From Eubacteriales bacterium (lineage in GTDB: Bacteria > Bacillota > Clostridia > Oscillospirales > QAKW01), in NCBI GenBank assembly GCA_045603925.1, contig JAZUNB010000057.1:123-64122 (forward strand): DNA of 64,000 nt, read 5' to 3'. Shown one piece after another: positions 18,895 through 28,773 of this stretch (position 1 is its first letter; each line of letters starts with the position of its first letter). The notes beneath the pieces are model-generated. The model was not told where the DNA came from. It worked only from the letters and a program-made list of their open reading frames with translations, and searched no databases. Both the position numbers and the translations under genes were made by a program.

Positions 18895-19568
18895 TTTTCT
18901 TGTACCTTTCTCATTTGGTATTCGCGCTCCGCTTGAGAGAGCCGAAAATAGGCGGGCACCAATTCCTCCGGCGGCCGCGCCTCCAAAAAGGCGGCCGCGC
19001 GGGCGATCCCGCGCCCTTTTATATAATTTTGCGAACCGAGAAGGATCTCTTCTCCGTCTGCAAGATCGCTCAACAGATAAGCACCGTCTCCCAAAAGAAC
19101 GGCAGGCCTCCCCAGAGCCCGGATCTGCGCCGCCGCCTCCTCCACCGAGCAAGCCTGATCGGCGATCACCGCCTGCGGCTGACCCCCCTCAAAGGAATAG
19201 CCTCCCAGATAGACCTGGCGGCATCGGGCGTCCAGCACCGAAACGGCGACTCTTCCGCTCTCCGCCTCGTTAAAGGCCAGCGCCATTAAGGTAGGAACCG
19301 CGATACAGGGGCGCTCCAGCGCCAGGCCCTTGGCAAGGGCACAGCCGATCCGAAGACCGGTAAAGGAGCCGGGGCCGTTGGTGGCCGCAAAGGCATCCAT
19401 CTCCCCGATGGAAAGCCCCGCTTTCTTCAAGGTCTCATCCACCAGAGGCAGAAGGGTCTGGCTATGGGTCAGCCCCTCATCGGAGAAGCCCTCCGCCAGG
19501 ATCCGATCCCCTTCGCTCACCGCCACCGCGGCGGTCTTACCCGTACTGTCGATACTCAATAATCTCAT
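18891..19568 (-). CDS. tsaB: tRNA t6A biosynthesis protein TsaB
   Basis: Start at MRLLSIDSTGK (19568), overlapping the tsaE stop. Motif NGPGSFTGLRIG. Confidence 0.88.
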   Translation of the reverse strand: MRLLSIDSTGKTAAVAVSEGDRILAEGFSDEGLTHSQTLLPLVDETLKKAGLSIGEMDAFAATNGPGSFTGLRIGCALAKGLALERPCIAVPTLMALAFNEAESGRVAVSVLDARCRQVYLGGYSFEGGQPQAVIADQACSVEEAAAQIRALGRPAVLLGDGAYLLSDLADGEEILLGSQNYIKGRGIARAAAFLEARPPEELVPAYFRLSQAEREYQMRKVQEK

Positions 19569-19990
19569 GCTTTGTTCTCCACTCGGATCCTGCGCTCCCC
19601 CTCGGCAGCTCCGTGGGTGATCTCGATCCGCCAATGATCGGGAGGCAACGCCTCCTCCATATGCTCGCTCCATTCAATAAGCATCAGCCCGTTTTCCAGA
19701 TAATCGTAATAACCGGTACTGAACAGGCTATCCAACCCATCCACCCGATACATATCGAAATGATAAACGGGGAACGACCCGCTCATATATTCATGGACCA
19801 TGGCGTAGGTGGGGCTGGTGACCTCATCGGTAAGGCCCAGCGCCTCGCAGAGCCCGCGGATAAAGGTGGTCTTTCCTGCCCCCAGATCGCCATAGAAGGC
19901 GAGGGTCTCTTTCCCTTTCAATTGCGCCGCCACCTCACGGGCTGCGGCTGCGGTATCCGAAAGGCTGCGGCAAAGATATGTTTTTTCCAT
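19565..19990 (-). CDS. tsaE: tRNA t6A biosynthesis ATPase TsaE
   Basis: P-loop GDLGAGKTTFIRG; 141 aa. Confidence 0.9.
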   Translation of the reverse strand: MEKTYLCRSLSDTAAAAREVAAQLKGKETLAFYGDLGAGKTTFIRGLCEALGLTDEVTSPTYAMVHEYMSGSFPVYHFDMYRVDGLDSLFSTGYYDYLENGLMLIEWSEHMEEALPPDHWRIEITHGAAEGERRIRVENKA

Positions 19991-20068
19991 TCCTGCCCCT
20001 TTTAATTATACATAATAATAGAAGTATTGGATATTATATCATAGTCCTATACAATTTGCAAGTTGTCC

Positions 20069-20097
20069 TTGCAAAAAATTCCCTGCTTTGGTATACT
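20069..20097 (+). promoter_or_regulatory. promoter of the SEDS gene
   Basis: TTGCAA (20069-20074), a 17 nt spacer, then TATACT (20092-20097). Confidence 0.5.
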
Positions 20098-20136
20098 GAA
20101 AAAAATAAGTGATTTTTGAGGAGAGGAGGGATCGCC

Positions 20137-21258
20137 ATGGGCGAGCAGATCAAGCTGTTTCTGCGCCATGTTTTTCGGCGGGTGGATTGGATCTTGGCGG
20201 CATTGGTCATTGTTTCCTGCGCCTTCGGGCTGATCCTGATCTCTTCGGCCACCGCTACCTTCGGCTCCCATAAAAACCTCATTGTTCAAACAGGGGGCAT
20301 TTGCCTGGGGCTCTTGATGTGCCTGGTGCTGGTGACTCTGGAGCATCGCAACCTTGCCCGCTTTTCCATCCTCATCTATATCCTCTGCATCGGCCTTCTG
20401 GTCTTTACCCTCCTCTTCGGCATTGAGGTCATGGGCAATAAGAATTGGATCCGTTTAGGGCCCATCAATGTGCAACCCTCAGAGTTTGTGAAGATCGGGT
20501 TTATCCTTACCTTTTCTCTGCATCTTTCCAAGGTGCGGCACTATATCAATAACCTGCGCGCCCTCATTCCCTTAGGGCTCCATTTCGGCGTCATCGCCGT
20601 TTTGGTGATGATGGGGGGCGACCTCGGTACCACCCTGGTCTTCATCTTCATCTTTTTAGGAATGCTGATCGCCGCAGGCATCCATTGGGGCTACCTTTTG
20701 GGCGGGGTGGCGCTGGTCGGCATCGGAGCCCCCTTTGTGTTTGATCGGCTGGCCACCTATCAGCAGATGCGGATCCTGGCCGTTTATGACCCCTCCTTAG
20801 ATCCTCTGGGCTATGGCTATCATACCATTCAAAGTAAGATCGCCCTCGGCAGCGGCGGGCTGACCGGCTCGGGGCTTTATAACGGCATCCAGACCCAGTA
20901 CAGTATCCTGCCGGAAAAGCAGACCGACTTTATCTTCTCGGTCTGCGGCGAGGAATTGGGCTTTCTCGGTTGCTTCCTGATCATCCTGCTGGAGGCCGCC
21001 ATCATCATCCGCCTGCTTTATGTAGCTAAAAATGCAGTGGATCATATGGGCTGCTTTATCTGCGTGGGTCTTGCGGCCATGCTCTTTGCCCAGGCGGCGG
21101 AAAACATCGGCATGTGCCTGGGCCTGCTGCCGGTCATCGGGCTGACTCTCCCCTTCTTCAGCTACGGCGGCTCTTCGGTACTTGCCCTTTGTATGAGTAT
21201 GGGCTTGGCGATGTCTGTCAATGCCGATCGCATGAAGCACGGCTTCTTCAAAAAATAA
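20137..21258 (+). CDS. FtsW/RodA/SpoVE (SEDS) family peptidoglycan polymerase
   Basis: Polytopic protein with C-terminal motif LPFFSYGGSS. The ATG at 20137 is preceded by GGAGAGGAGGG. Confidence 0.88.
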   Translation: MGEQIKLFLRHVFRRVDWILAALVIVSCAFGLILISSATATFGSHKNLIVQTGGICLGLLMCLVLVTLEHRNLARFSILIYILCIGLLVFTLLFGIEVMGNKNWIRLGPINVQPSEFVKIGFILTFSLHLSKVRHYINNLRALIPLGLHFGVIAVLVMMGGDLGTTLVFIFIFLGMLIAAGIHWGYLLGGVALVGIGAPFVFDRLATYQQMRILAVYDPSLDPLGYGYHTIQSKIALGSGGLTGSGLYNGIQTQYSILPEKQTDFIFSVCGEELGFLGCFLIILLEAAIIIRLLYVAKNAVDHMGCFICVGLAAMLFAQAAENIGMCLGLLPVIGLTLPFFSYGGSSVLALCMSMGLAMSVNADRMKHGFFKK

Positions 21259-21259
21259 A

Positions 21260-21288
21260 AAAAAGGCGTGCTGCTGCACGCCGTTTTT
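21260..21288. terminator. bidirectional terminator
   Basis: A-run, GGCGTGC-tgct-GCACGCC, T-run. Confidence 0.7.
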
Positions 21289-21971
21289 CAATGCTCTTCT
21301 TTCAAAAGTTTAATACCTTCTAACATTTTGTAGGTCTTCTCCGTAGGATACGCCACAAAGCGGTTAATGGGGGTTCCCATGGAGGAAAAACGCTCCTCAT
21401 ATTCGGTCATAATATTGGGGGTATCGGTGCTGTGAAGATCATAGGTCAGTTCCTCCAGTCGGAAGCCCAGCTCGGTAAACTCCTCCACCGAGAAATCGAA
21501 GAGGGGGCGGTTATCGGTCTTGAAGCAGATCTTGCCCTCCTTCTTCAGAAGGGGCAGATAAGCCGCCACCATCCGCCGATGGGTCAGGCGGCGCTTGGCA
21601 TAGCGGGCCTTGGGCCAGGGATCGGAAAAGTTGAGATACAGGATATCGATACACTCCTTGGGAAAGCACTCGGTCAGCTCCGCCGCATCCAGGCAGAAAA
21701 AGCGGATATTATGCAATTCTTTATTCTTGGCCTTTTCCATGGCCATCACCAGGCAATCGATGACCCGCTCGATGGAGATATACTGCCGCTGGGGGTTCTG
21801 CTCCGCCAGGGTTACAATAAACCGCCCCTTGCCGGAACCGATCTCCATATCCAGCGGTTTTTCGGCATCGAAGAATTCTCCGAAGCGCTCCAAAAGACCT
21901 TCAGTCTCCAGGGTATAATCGGCGCAACGATCAAACCGCGCGCCGGCATTTTTCTTTTTTCTTAAACGCAT
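21288..21971 (-). CDS. trmB: tRNA (guanine-N7)-methyltransferase
   Basis: SAM motif EIGSGKGRFI and FSDPWPK. Confidence 0.9.
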   Translation of the reverse strand: MRLRKKKNAGARFDRCADYTLETEGLLERFGEFFDAEKPLDMEIGSGKGRFIVTLAEQNPQRQYISIERVIDCLVMAMEKAKNKELHNIRFFCLDAAELTECFPKECIDILYLNFSDPWPKARYAKRRLTHRRMVAAYLPLLKKEGKICFKTDNRPLFDFSVEEFTELGFRLEELTYDLHSTDTPNIMTEYEERFSSMGTPINRFVAYPTEKTYKMLEGIKLLKEEH

Positions 21972-22058
21972 CTTTTTCCCTCATTCAATGTTTTTCTTTA
22001 TTTTAACGGGTTTTCTCGGGATTTGCAAGCATAGAATGAGGAAAAAGGAGGTTTTTTC

Positions 22059-22661
22059 ATGGCCGATGTTTATTTATCTCCCTCGGTACGCCATTTTAAT
22101 CGGGGCTACGGCACCTACGGAACCGAGGAGGAGCGTATGAACCTGATCGCCGATATCATTGAGCTGACGCTGACCCGCAGCGGGCTTCTCACCGCCCGCA
22201 ACAACCCCGAATATGACCTGACGGCGGTGGTGGCCGATGCCAACGCCAAGGGGGCGGATGTTTATGTGGCATTGCGCTCCATTCCCTGTGAATACGGCAC
22301 CCGCGGCGCCCGCGTTTACTACTATCGGGAGGGCTCCAACGGCCAGCGGCTGGCGGAGGATATTTACAGTGAGCTCTCTGCCGTTACCCCGGTGGTGGAT
22401 CGGGGGGTGGAAGACGGCAGCGGCGCCTTCGGAGGCCTGGGCTACTATGAGCTCAGGCGCACCCGCGCCCCTGCCGTGATCGTGGAGATCGGGTGCCACA
22501 GCGACCCCCAAGATGCCGACTTTATCATCACCCATACCTATGAGATCGGTGTTGCCATTGCAAAGGGGATCTTAAGCTACTTCGGCGTCCCTTATGAGGA
22601 GGCTTCCCCGGAGGAACAGCAGCGTCTTCAAGATGAATATAATTCAATATATTTTGAATAA
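22059..22661 (+). CDS. Amidase_3-like N-acetylmuramoyl-L-alanine amidase homologue (possibly inactive)
   Basis: YLSPS...EEERMNLIAD...VYVALRSIP...RTRAPAVIVEIGCHSD matches the LSPS-type amidase_3 layout, but the expected HSN motif reads RSI. Confidence 0.65.
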   Translation: MADVYLSPSVRHFNRGYGTYGTEEERMNLIADIIELTLTRSGLLTARNNPEYDLTAVVADANAKGADVYVALRSIPCEYGTRGARVYYYREGSNGQRLAEDIYSELSAVTPVVDRGVEDGSGAFGGLGYYELRRTRAPAVIVEIGCHSDPQDADFIITHTYEIGVAIAKGILSYFGVPYEEASPEEQQRLQDEYNSIYFE

Positions 22662-22786
22662 TATTCATCATTCGTTTTGTCGCTCCCTCTTGCATAAAAC
22701 CGATGCATAAAAGGGTTTTATGCATTCTTTTCAACATTATTTTAAAGAAAAAGGGAGTTTTTTTGAAAAAAATGTGAATTTTCCTA

Positions 22787-22815
22787 TTGACAAAGCGAAT
22801 ATTATGCATTATACT
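22787..22815 (+). promoter_or_regulatory. promoter of the amino-acid ABC operon
   Basis: TTGACA (22787-22792), a 17 nt spacer, then TATACT (22810-22815). Confidence 0.55.
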
Positions 22816-22857
22816 GTATCCACAATCCCAAAAATCAAATGAAAAGAGGATAAAAAA

Positions 22858-23616
22858 ATGAAAAAAATTCTTTGTGCTGTATTGGCAGTTGCCATGCTGC
22901 TGACTCTGGCCGCTTGCGGCGCCCCTGCCAACGATAATCAGTTGGTTATGGCTACCAACGCCAACTTCCCTCCCTATGAGTATATGGAAGGCGAAGAGTA
23001 TGCCGGCATCGATATCGAGCTGGCCGGTAAGATCGCCGAGAAGCTGGGCAAAGAGCTGGTGATCGAGAATGTGGAATTCGGTTCCATCGTTACCGGCGTG
23101 CAGTCCGGTAAGTATGATGTGGGTATTGCCGGTATGACTGTGACCGACGAGCGCAAGGAGCAGGTAAACTTCTCTGATTCCTATGCTACCGGCGTGCAGG
23201 TCGTTATCGTTAAGGAAGGCTCCGCCATCACCGATCTGGACGCTCTGTCCGGTGAGACTGTGATGATCGGCGTTCAGCAGGATACCACCGGTCATATCTA
23301 CGCTGGCGATACCGTTGAAAACGGTGGCTACGGCGAAGATCATGTTACCCCCTTCCTGAACGGTGCCGATGCGGTAAACGCTCTGGTTGCCGGCAGTGTG
23401 GACGCTGTGATCATCGATCAGGAGCCCGCCAAGGCATTTGTTGCTGAGAACGAAGGTCTGAAGATCCTGGAAGCCGAGTGGGCTGTTGAGGATTACGCCA
23501 TCGCCATCAACAAGGATGACACCCAGTTGCTGGCCGACATCAACAAGGCTCTGGCTGAGCTGAAGGCAGACGGTACTGTAGATGCCATCATCGGCAAGTA
23601 CATCAAGGCTGAGTAA
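22858..23616 (+). CDS. polar amino acid ABC transporter substrate-binding lipoprotein
   Basis: Lipobox LTLAACG and a family-3 SBP core (FPPYEY, DVGIAGMTVTDERK). Confidence 0.88.
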   Translation: MKKILCAVLAVAMLLTLAACGAPANDNQLVMATNANFPPYEYMEGEEYAGIDIELAGKIAEKLGKELVIENVEFGSIVTGVQSGKYDVGIAGMTVTDERKEQVNFSDSYATGVQVVIVKEGSAITDLDALSGETVMIGVQQDTTGHIYAGDTVENGGYGEDHVTPFLNGADAVNALVAGSVDAVIIDQEPAKAFVAENEGLKILEAEWAVEDYAIAINKDDTQLLADINKALAELKADGTVDAIIGKYIKAE

Positions 23617-23680
23617 TTAAAATGAATATTCGGGGTGCCTTCCCGGCACCCCGATTTTTCGCTGTGAAAGGACCGATATT

Positions 23681-24436
23681 TTGGATAGTATAAAAGCTTG
23701 GTTTATAAATCTCTGGTCGGAGTTTTCCGCCGATTTTTATAAAAACTTCATTAAAAGCGACCGCTGGTATTCCATGCTCAAGGGCTTGGGCGCTACCCTG
23801 CAGATCACCTTTTTCGCCTTGCTCATCGGCCTGGTGCTGGGTATCCTGGTGGCGGCGGTGCGCTCTACTTACGATAAAAACCAGGAAACCATGCGAAAAA
23901 GAGGCGGCGCCGGTTGGAAGGTACTGAAATTTTTCAACGGTGTCTGCAATGTTTACCTGACGGTGATCCGCGGAACCCCTGTTGTGGTGCAGTTGATGAT
24001 CTTTTTCTTTGTGATCTTCGCCGGCTCCCGCAACGGCATCGGCGTTGCCATGCTGGCCTTCGGTGTCAATTCCGGCGCGTATGTGGCGGAGATCTTCCGA
24101 AGCGGCATCCTTGCGGTGGATAACGGGCAGTTTGAAGCAGGCCGCTCTTTGGGCTTCAACTATTTTCAGACCATGCTCTTTGTCATCATCCCCCAGGCCT
24201 TCAAGGCTGTATTGCCCACCCTTTGCAATGAGTTCATCGTTTTGCTGAAGGAGACCTCGGTTGCAGGCTATGTGGGCGTTATCGACCTGACCAAGGCGGG
24301 CGATATTATCCGCGGGCGCACCTTCTCCCCCTTTATGCCCCTGATCGCCGTTGCCATTGTCTATCTGGTTATGGTGATGATCCTCACCTCTTTGGTGCGG
24401 AGACTCGAGAGGAGGTTGCGTAAGAGTGAGCGATAA
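23681..24436 (+). CDS. amino acid ABC transporter permease
   Basis: His/Glu/Gln/Arg-opine family signature region [16 protein letters not shown]; 5 TM; TTG start. Confidence 0.85.
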   Translation: MDSIKAWFINLWSEFSADFYKNFIKSDRWYSMLKGLGATLQITFFALLIGLVLGILVAAVRSTYDKNQETMRKRGGAGWKVLKFFNGVCNVYLTVIRGTPVVVQLMIFFFVIFAGSRNGIGVAMLAFGVNSGAYVAEIFRSGILAVDNGQFEAGRSLGFNYFQTMLFVIIPQAFKAVLPTLCNEFIVLLKETSVAGYVGVIDLTKAGDIIRGRTFSPFMPLIAVAIVYLVMVMILTSLVRRLERRLRKSER

Positions 24437-25166
24437 GATCATTGAAGTCATCGGCTTGAAAAAGCATTATAACGGCGGTGCCATCAAGGCCCTCAACGGC
24501 ATCGATGTAACCATCGACCGCGGCGAAGTGGTGGTGGTCATCGGCCCCTCCGGCTCCGGTAAATCCACCTTTTTGCGTTCTTTGAACCTTCTGGAGGATC
24601 CCACCGAAGGGCAGATCATTATGAACGGCACCGATATTGCCGATAAGAATTCCAATATTAATCTCCATCGGCAGAAGATGGGAATGGTGTTTCAGCACTT
24701 TAACCTCTTCCCCCATATGACCATTCTGAAGAATATGACCATCGCCCCCATCAAGCTGAAAAAGATCCCCAAGGCCGAGGCAGAGGCCAAGGCGCTGGAG
24801 CTTTTGAAGCGGGTCGGGCTGGAGGATCGGGCAGGCGCCTATCCCAGCCAGCTTTCCGGCGGGCAGAAGCAGCGGGTGGCTATTGTGCGCGCCCTTTGTA
24901 TGGATCCCGATGTGATGCTCTTTGATGAGCCTACCTCGGCGCTGGATCCTGAGATGGTCGGCGAAGTTTTGGAGGTTATGAAAGAACTGGCCAAGGAAGG
25001 CATGACCATGGTGGTGGTTACCCATGAAATGGGCTTTGCCAAGGAGGTTGCCGATCGGGTGCTCTTTATTGATGAAGGTGTGATCCAGGAGCAAGGTACT
25101 CCCGCCGAGATCTTCGAGCATCCCCAAAATCCCCGCACTCAAAGCTTTCTTTCGAAGGTATTATAA
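24426..25166 (+). CDS. amino acid ABC transporter ATP-binding protein
   Basis: Walker [10 protein letters not shown], signature [11 protein letters not shown], Walker [12 protein letters not shown]. Confidence 0.93.
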   Translation: MSDKIIEVIGLKKHYNGGAIKALNGIDVTIDRGEVVVVIGPSGSGKSTFLRSLNLLEDPTEGQIIMNGTDIADKNSNINLHRQKMGMVFQHFNLFPHMTILKNMTIAPIKLKKIPKAEAEAKALELLKRVGLEDRAGAYPSQLSGGQKQRVAIVRALCMDPDVMLFDEPTSALDPEMVGEVLEVMKELAKEGMTMVVVTHEMGFAKEVADRVLFIDEGVIQEQGTPAEIFEHPQNPRTQSFLSKVL

Positions 25167-25170
25167 AACC

Positions 25171-25200
25171 AAAGGCAAGCGAAATTCGCTTGCCTTTTTT
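25171..25200 (+). terminator. ABC operon terminator
   Basis: AAGGCAAGCGAA-a-TTCGCTTGCCTT followed by T6. Confidence 0.75.
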
Positions 25201-25270
25201 CTTGTTAGAAGGTATACTTTAATTTAGAAGGATATAAAGGTTTAAGCAGAAGGATATAAAGGAGACCATT

Positions 25271-26287
25271 ATGCGTTTTTTAGCTACTGCTGATCTTCAT
25301 TTAAAAGAATATACCGATCTGCCCCTTTTGGAGCGGATCCTTTCGGCCGCCCGGGAGCAGCATTGCGATGCCCTGCTTCTGGGCGGGGATCTTCTGGATT
25401 CCCCCTTCCCCCCGTTGGAGCTGGAAAGCGGCATTCTTGCCCTTCTGGCAGGCTGGGAAAAGCCTGTTTTTATGGTGGCGGGCAACCATGATCCCCTGGC
25501 GGTCACCGCATTTTATCAAAAACTGCCCGCCAATGTGACCCTCTTTCCCGAGGGGATGACCGCCTATACCCTGGGCGAGAACCTTCGGATCTATGGCTAT
25601 TCGGCCCTGCGGGAGCAGGAGAACCGCCGCCCCTTAGAGGGCTTTTCGGTGCCTGCGGGAGAGACCGCCCTGCTTTTAGGTCACGGGCATTTCGAGGGCG
25701 CGGATTTTCAGCCGGTGCGCCCCGAGGAGCTGGGAGCCAGCGGGCTGAAGCTGGCGATCTTGGGGCATATCCATAAAGGTGAGCAGCGGCAGATCGGCGC
25801 CACCCGTCTTTTGGTGCCGGGAATTCCCGAAGGCCGCGGCTGGGATGAGACCGGCGAAAAATTTGTATATCTTATTGATCTTGCCCCCGGGCAGGCGGTG
25901 GTGGTCGAGCCCCTTTCGGTGGCCACCCGCCTTTATCGGGAGGTGCGGGTGGATCTTACCGACTGCGCCGATACCGCCCAGATCCTTGCCCGTATGGAAT
26001 CCTTCGATCCCCCTGCCGATACCCTGATCCGTCTGATCCTCACCGGCGCGCCCTCGGAAAGCCCGTCCATTGCCATGAAGCTCTATACCGAGCAGACCGG
26101 CCGCGAGGTTTTGGATGAGACCGAGCCGCCCCTCTCCATAGAAGAGTTGATGGAGCAAAAGACCCTGCAGGGCGCTTTTGCGCGCCGCGCCATGGCAGAG
26201 ATCGACCAAGCCTCCCTTGCAGAAAGACCTGCTTTGGAGGAGGCCTTGAAATTAGGCCTGAAGGCATTAAAGGAGGCGCGGTTATGA
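25271..26287 (+). CDS. SbcD/Mre11-like metallophosphoesterase (YhaO-like)
   Basis: Calcineurin-like motifs DLHL, GGDLLD, GNHD, GHGH, LGHIH. Confidence 0.82.
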   Translation: MRFLATADLHLKEYTDLPLLERILSAAREQHCDALLLGGDLLDSPFPPLELESGILALLAGWEKPVFMVAGNHDPLAVTAFYQKLPANVTLFPEGMTAYTLGENLRIYGYSALREQENRRPLEGFSVPAGETALLLGHGHFEGADFQPVRPEELGASGLKLAILGHIHKGEQRQIGATRLLVPGIPEGRGWDETGEKFVYLIDLAPGQAVVVEPLSVATRLYREVRVDLTDCADTAQILARMESFDPPADTLIRLILTGAPSESPSIAMKLYTEQTGREVLDETEPPLSIEELMEQKTLQGAFARRAMAEIDQASLAERPALEEALKLGLKALKEARL

Positions 26288-28338
26288 GATTTTTAAATAT
26301 TTATGTCGCCTCCTTCGGCAAATTAAAAGACTTTACTTTAGAACCTCGAGAGGGGCTCAATTGCTATACCCATCCCAATGAATTCGGAAAAACCACCCTC
26401 ATTCATTTTCTCTTCTTTATGCTCTATGGCTATGATGCCAAGCGACTGAAGAGTTACTTTCCCTGGAGCGGGGAGCCCATGGCAGGCGCCCTTCTTCTGG
26501 AGCTGGACGGCAAGCGCTGGCAGATCGAGCGGGTGCATCCCCAAAAGGGCGCGGAGAAGCGCAAGATCTTCTCCCCCGATACCGGCGAGGAGCTGGCCCT
26601 TCCCGCCAAGGGGCAGCCGGGCCCTTATTTCTTAAAGATCGACGGTGAGACCTTTCTGCGCACCTTCTGCATCCGTCAGGGGGATCTGCTCTTCGCCCGT
26701 ACCGACGGGCTGGATCTGGCGCTGAAAAATATGGCCGCCACCGGCGATGAAAATGTTTCCTTCTCCCAGGCGGAGGCGTGGCTCCATAAGCAGCATACCC
26801 GCTATATGTATCGCGGTAAGACCCAAGGCCCTCTGCTGGATCTCCGAAAAGAATTGGAGCAGGCCCGCCTGCGCCTTTCGGAGGTGCGGCGGCTGGTGGA
26901 GGAGCGGCTTCATGCCAAGGAGGAATGGGATCGGCTGGAAAAGGAGCAGACCCTGAAGACCCAAGAACTTGCCGTATTGAGGGAGCAATTAGACCAAGCC
27001 ACCCGAAGCGATGCCTTGAAAAAATGGACCCAACTGAAGAAACTGCGGGAGCAGGCGCCGATGGAGCCCCCCGCAGTCAGCCAAGAAGATCTTGGCGTAT
27101 TGGAGCAGGCCTTTGCCGAGGCGGAGCGAGCCCAAAGAGCCGAGGCAGATGCCTCCTCGGAGACCCGCCATTGCCAGGCCCAGTGGGAACTGCTGAGCGC
27201 CTCTCTGGAGCAATTCGGCTTCAGCGCCATGACCGCCCGCCAGATTGAGAGCCTGCAAAAAGACCCCAAGGGCGGAAATCTCGCCGCCGCGGCTTTGGGG
27301 CTTCTCGGCCTTTTGGCGGCAGCAGGCAGTTTTTTCCTCTCTTCCTGGTTGCTGCTCCTCGGTGCCGTCCTTTTGGCGGCGGCAGGAATCCTCTTTTTTG
27401 CCGAGAAGGGAAAACGGGATCATATCTTACGAACCAACGGCGCGGTAAGCACTGCCCAATTGCTGGAAAAATGGGCGCAATATCAAGAGCTTCTCCGCCG
27501 AAGAGAACAGCAGGATCTTCTGCGAAAGAAAGCGGCGGAACAGCAGGAAATGCTCCACCGAAAGACCGCAGAGGCCCAAGAGCATTTAGAGCAATTAAAG
27601 ACCCGCCATCGGATCCTCAATGGGGAGGAACTGCAAAATGCCCGTATCCAATGGGGTGTTTATGAGCAGAGCCTTGCCCGCAAGGGGGATCTTCGGGAGC
27701 AACTGCTTTTAGAGGGCAAGACCGAAGAAGAGCTGCGGCAATTGGCCGAAGGAGCCACCCTCCTTCAGGAGACGGCAGAGGAGGCCCGCCAACGCCTCAG
27801 CGCCGCCCAAGAGCAGATCCACCGCCTGCAGCAGCAAAAAGAAGCTTTGAATACCGCTGATCTTGCCGCCCTTTGGGACGAGCAGGCAACCCTTCGGGAG
27901 GCGATCGCCCAAAAGGAGCAGACTGTTGCCCTTTGGGAGCGGGAATTTGCCGCCGTTCAGCAGGCTCTTACCTGGCTGAAGGCCGCCAACGAAGAGATGA
28001 ACACCCGATTTGCCCCCAGGCTTTGCACCCTGGCGGGAGAGCATCTTCGGCAGCTGACCGAAGGAAAATATGAAACCTTGACCCTGGATGAGCAATATAC
28101 CATCCAATTGAGCACCAGAGAGGGAACCTTCCCTCTCTCCCAATTCTCCCAAGGCACCCGCGATGCGGTCTATTTCGCTTTTCGGCTGGCGGTGGGCGGT
28201 CTTTTGAGCGAGGTGCCCCTGCCCATGGTATTGGACGATCCCTTTGTGAATCTGGATGAAGAGCGCTTTGCCGCCGCCCAAGACCTCTTGAAAAAGGCGG
28301 CCGAGAGCAGGCAGATCCTCTATTTCACCTGCCGCTGA
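26284..28338 (+). CDS. SbcC/Rad50-like AAA ATPase with coiled coil and a central membrane hairpin (YhaN-like)
   Basis: P-loop PNEFGKTT, long heptad-rich Q/E/L/R region, hydrophobic hairpin at residues ~332-373, signature-like FSQGTRDAVYFAFRLA, Walker B MVLDDPFVNLDE. It overlaps the upstream gene by 4 nt. Confidence 0.8.
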   Translation: MRFLNIYVASFGKLKDFTLEPREGLNCYTHPNEFGKTTLIHFLFFMLYGYDAKRLKSYFPWSGEPMAGALLLELDGKRWQIERVHPQKGAEKRKIFSPDTGEELALPAKGQPGPYFLKIDGETFLRTFCIRQGDLLFARTDGLDLALKNMAATGDENVSFSQAEAWLHKQHTRYMYRGKTQGPLLDLRKELEQARLRLSEVRRLVEERLHAKEEWDRLEKEQTLKTQELAVLREQLDQATRSDALKKWTQLKKLREQAPMEPPAVSQEDLGVLEQAFAEAERAQRAEADASSETRHCQAQWELLSASLEQFGFSAMTARQIESLQKDPKGGNLAAAALGLLGLLAAAGSFFLSSWLLLLGAVLLAAAGILFFAEKGKRDHILRTNGAVSTAQLLEKWAQYQELLRRREQQDLLRKKAAEQQEMLHRKTAEAQEHLEQLKTRHRILNGEELQNARIQWGVYEQSLARKGDLREQLLLEGKTEEELRQLAEGATLLQETAEEARQRLSAAQEQIHRLQQQKEALNTADLAALWDEQATLREAIAQKEQTVALWEREFAAVQQALTWLKAANEEMNTRFAPRLCTLAGEHLRQLTEGKYETLTLDEQYTIQLSTREGTFPLSQFSQGTRDAVYFAFRLAVGGLLSEVPLPMVLDDPFVNLDEERFAAAQDLLKKAAESRQILYFTCR

Positions 28339-28412
28339 GAAAAAACTATTGTATTTTTTATTAAAATATAGTATACTATCAATAACTATGGTTCTTAAAG
28401 GAGGCATTCCCG

Positions 28413-28760
28413 ATGACGATCAATAACCATAACGGTACGATCAATATTACGGAAACCGTATTTGCCAATATCGTTGGCAGTGTGGCCAATTCCTGCTACG
28501 GAGTGGTGGGCATGGCCGCCAAGTCTGCCGGAGACGGTATTGTTTCCCTTTTGAAAAAAGATCATTATGAAAAGGGTGTAAAGATCCTGCCTGCAGAGGA
28601 TGGGATCATTGTGGAGATGCATATTGTGGTGCTCTACGGCGTCAATCTGCCTGCCGTTACCCGCAGCATTTCCAAGGAAGTAAAATATATGGTTGAGCAG
28701 ATGACCGGCTTTACCGTAAAGAAGGTCAATATCTGCATCGACGGTATGAAAGCCAACTAA
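28413..28760 (+). CDS. Asp23/Gls24 family envelope stress protein
   Basis: 115 aa with TVFANIVGSVANSCYGVVGM, located upstream of the DAK2 protein as in yloU-yloV. Confidence 0.85.
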   Translation: MTINNHNGTINITETVFANIVGSVANSCYGVVGMAAKSAGDGIVSLLKKDHYEKGVKILPAEDGIIVEMHIVVLYGVNLPAVTRSISKEVKYMVEQMTGFTVKKVNICIDGMKAN

Positions 28761-28773
28761 GGAGTATCGCAAT

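Noticed and set aside
22528-25142. Minus-strand ORFs of 271, 282 and 252 aa.
   Set aside because: They are antisense to the amino-acid ABC transporter genes (substrate-binding protein, permease, ATPase), which have canonical motifs and operon structure.
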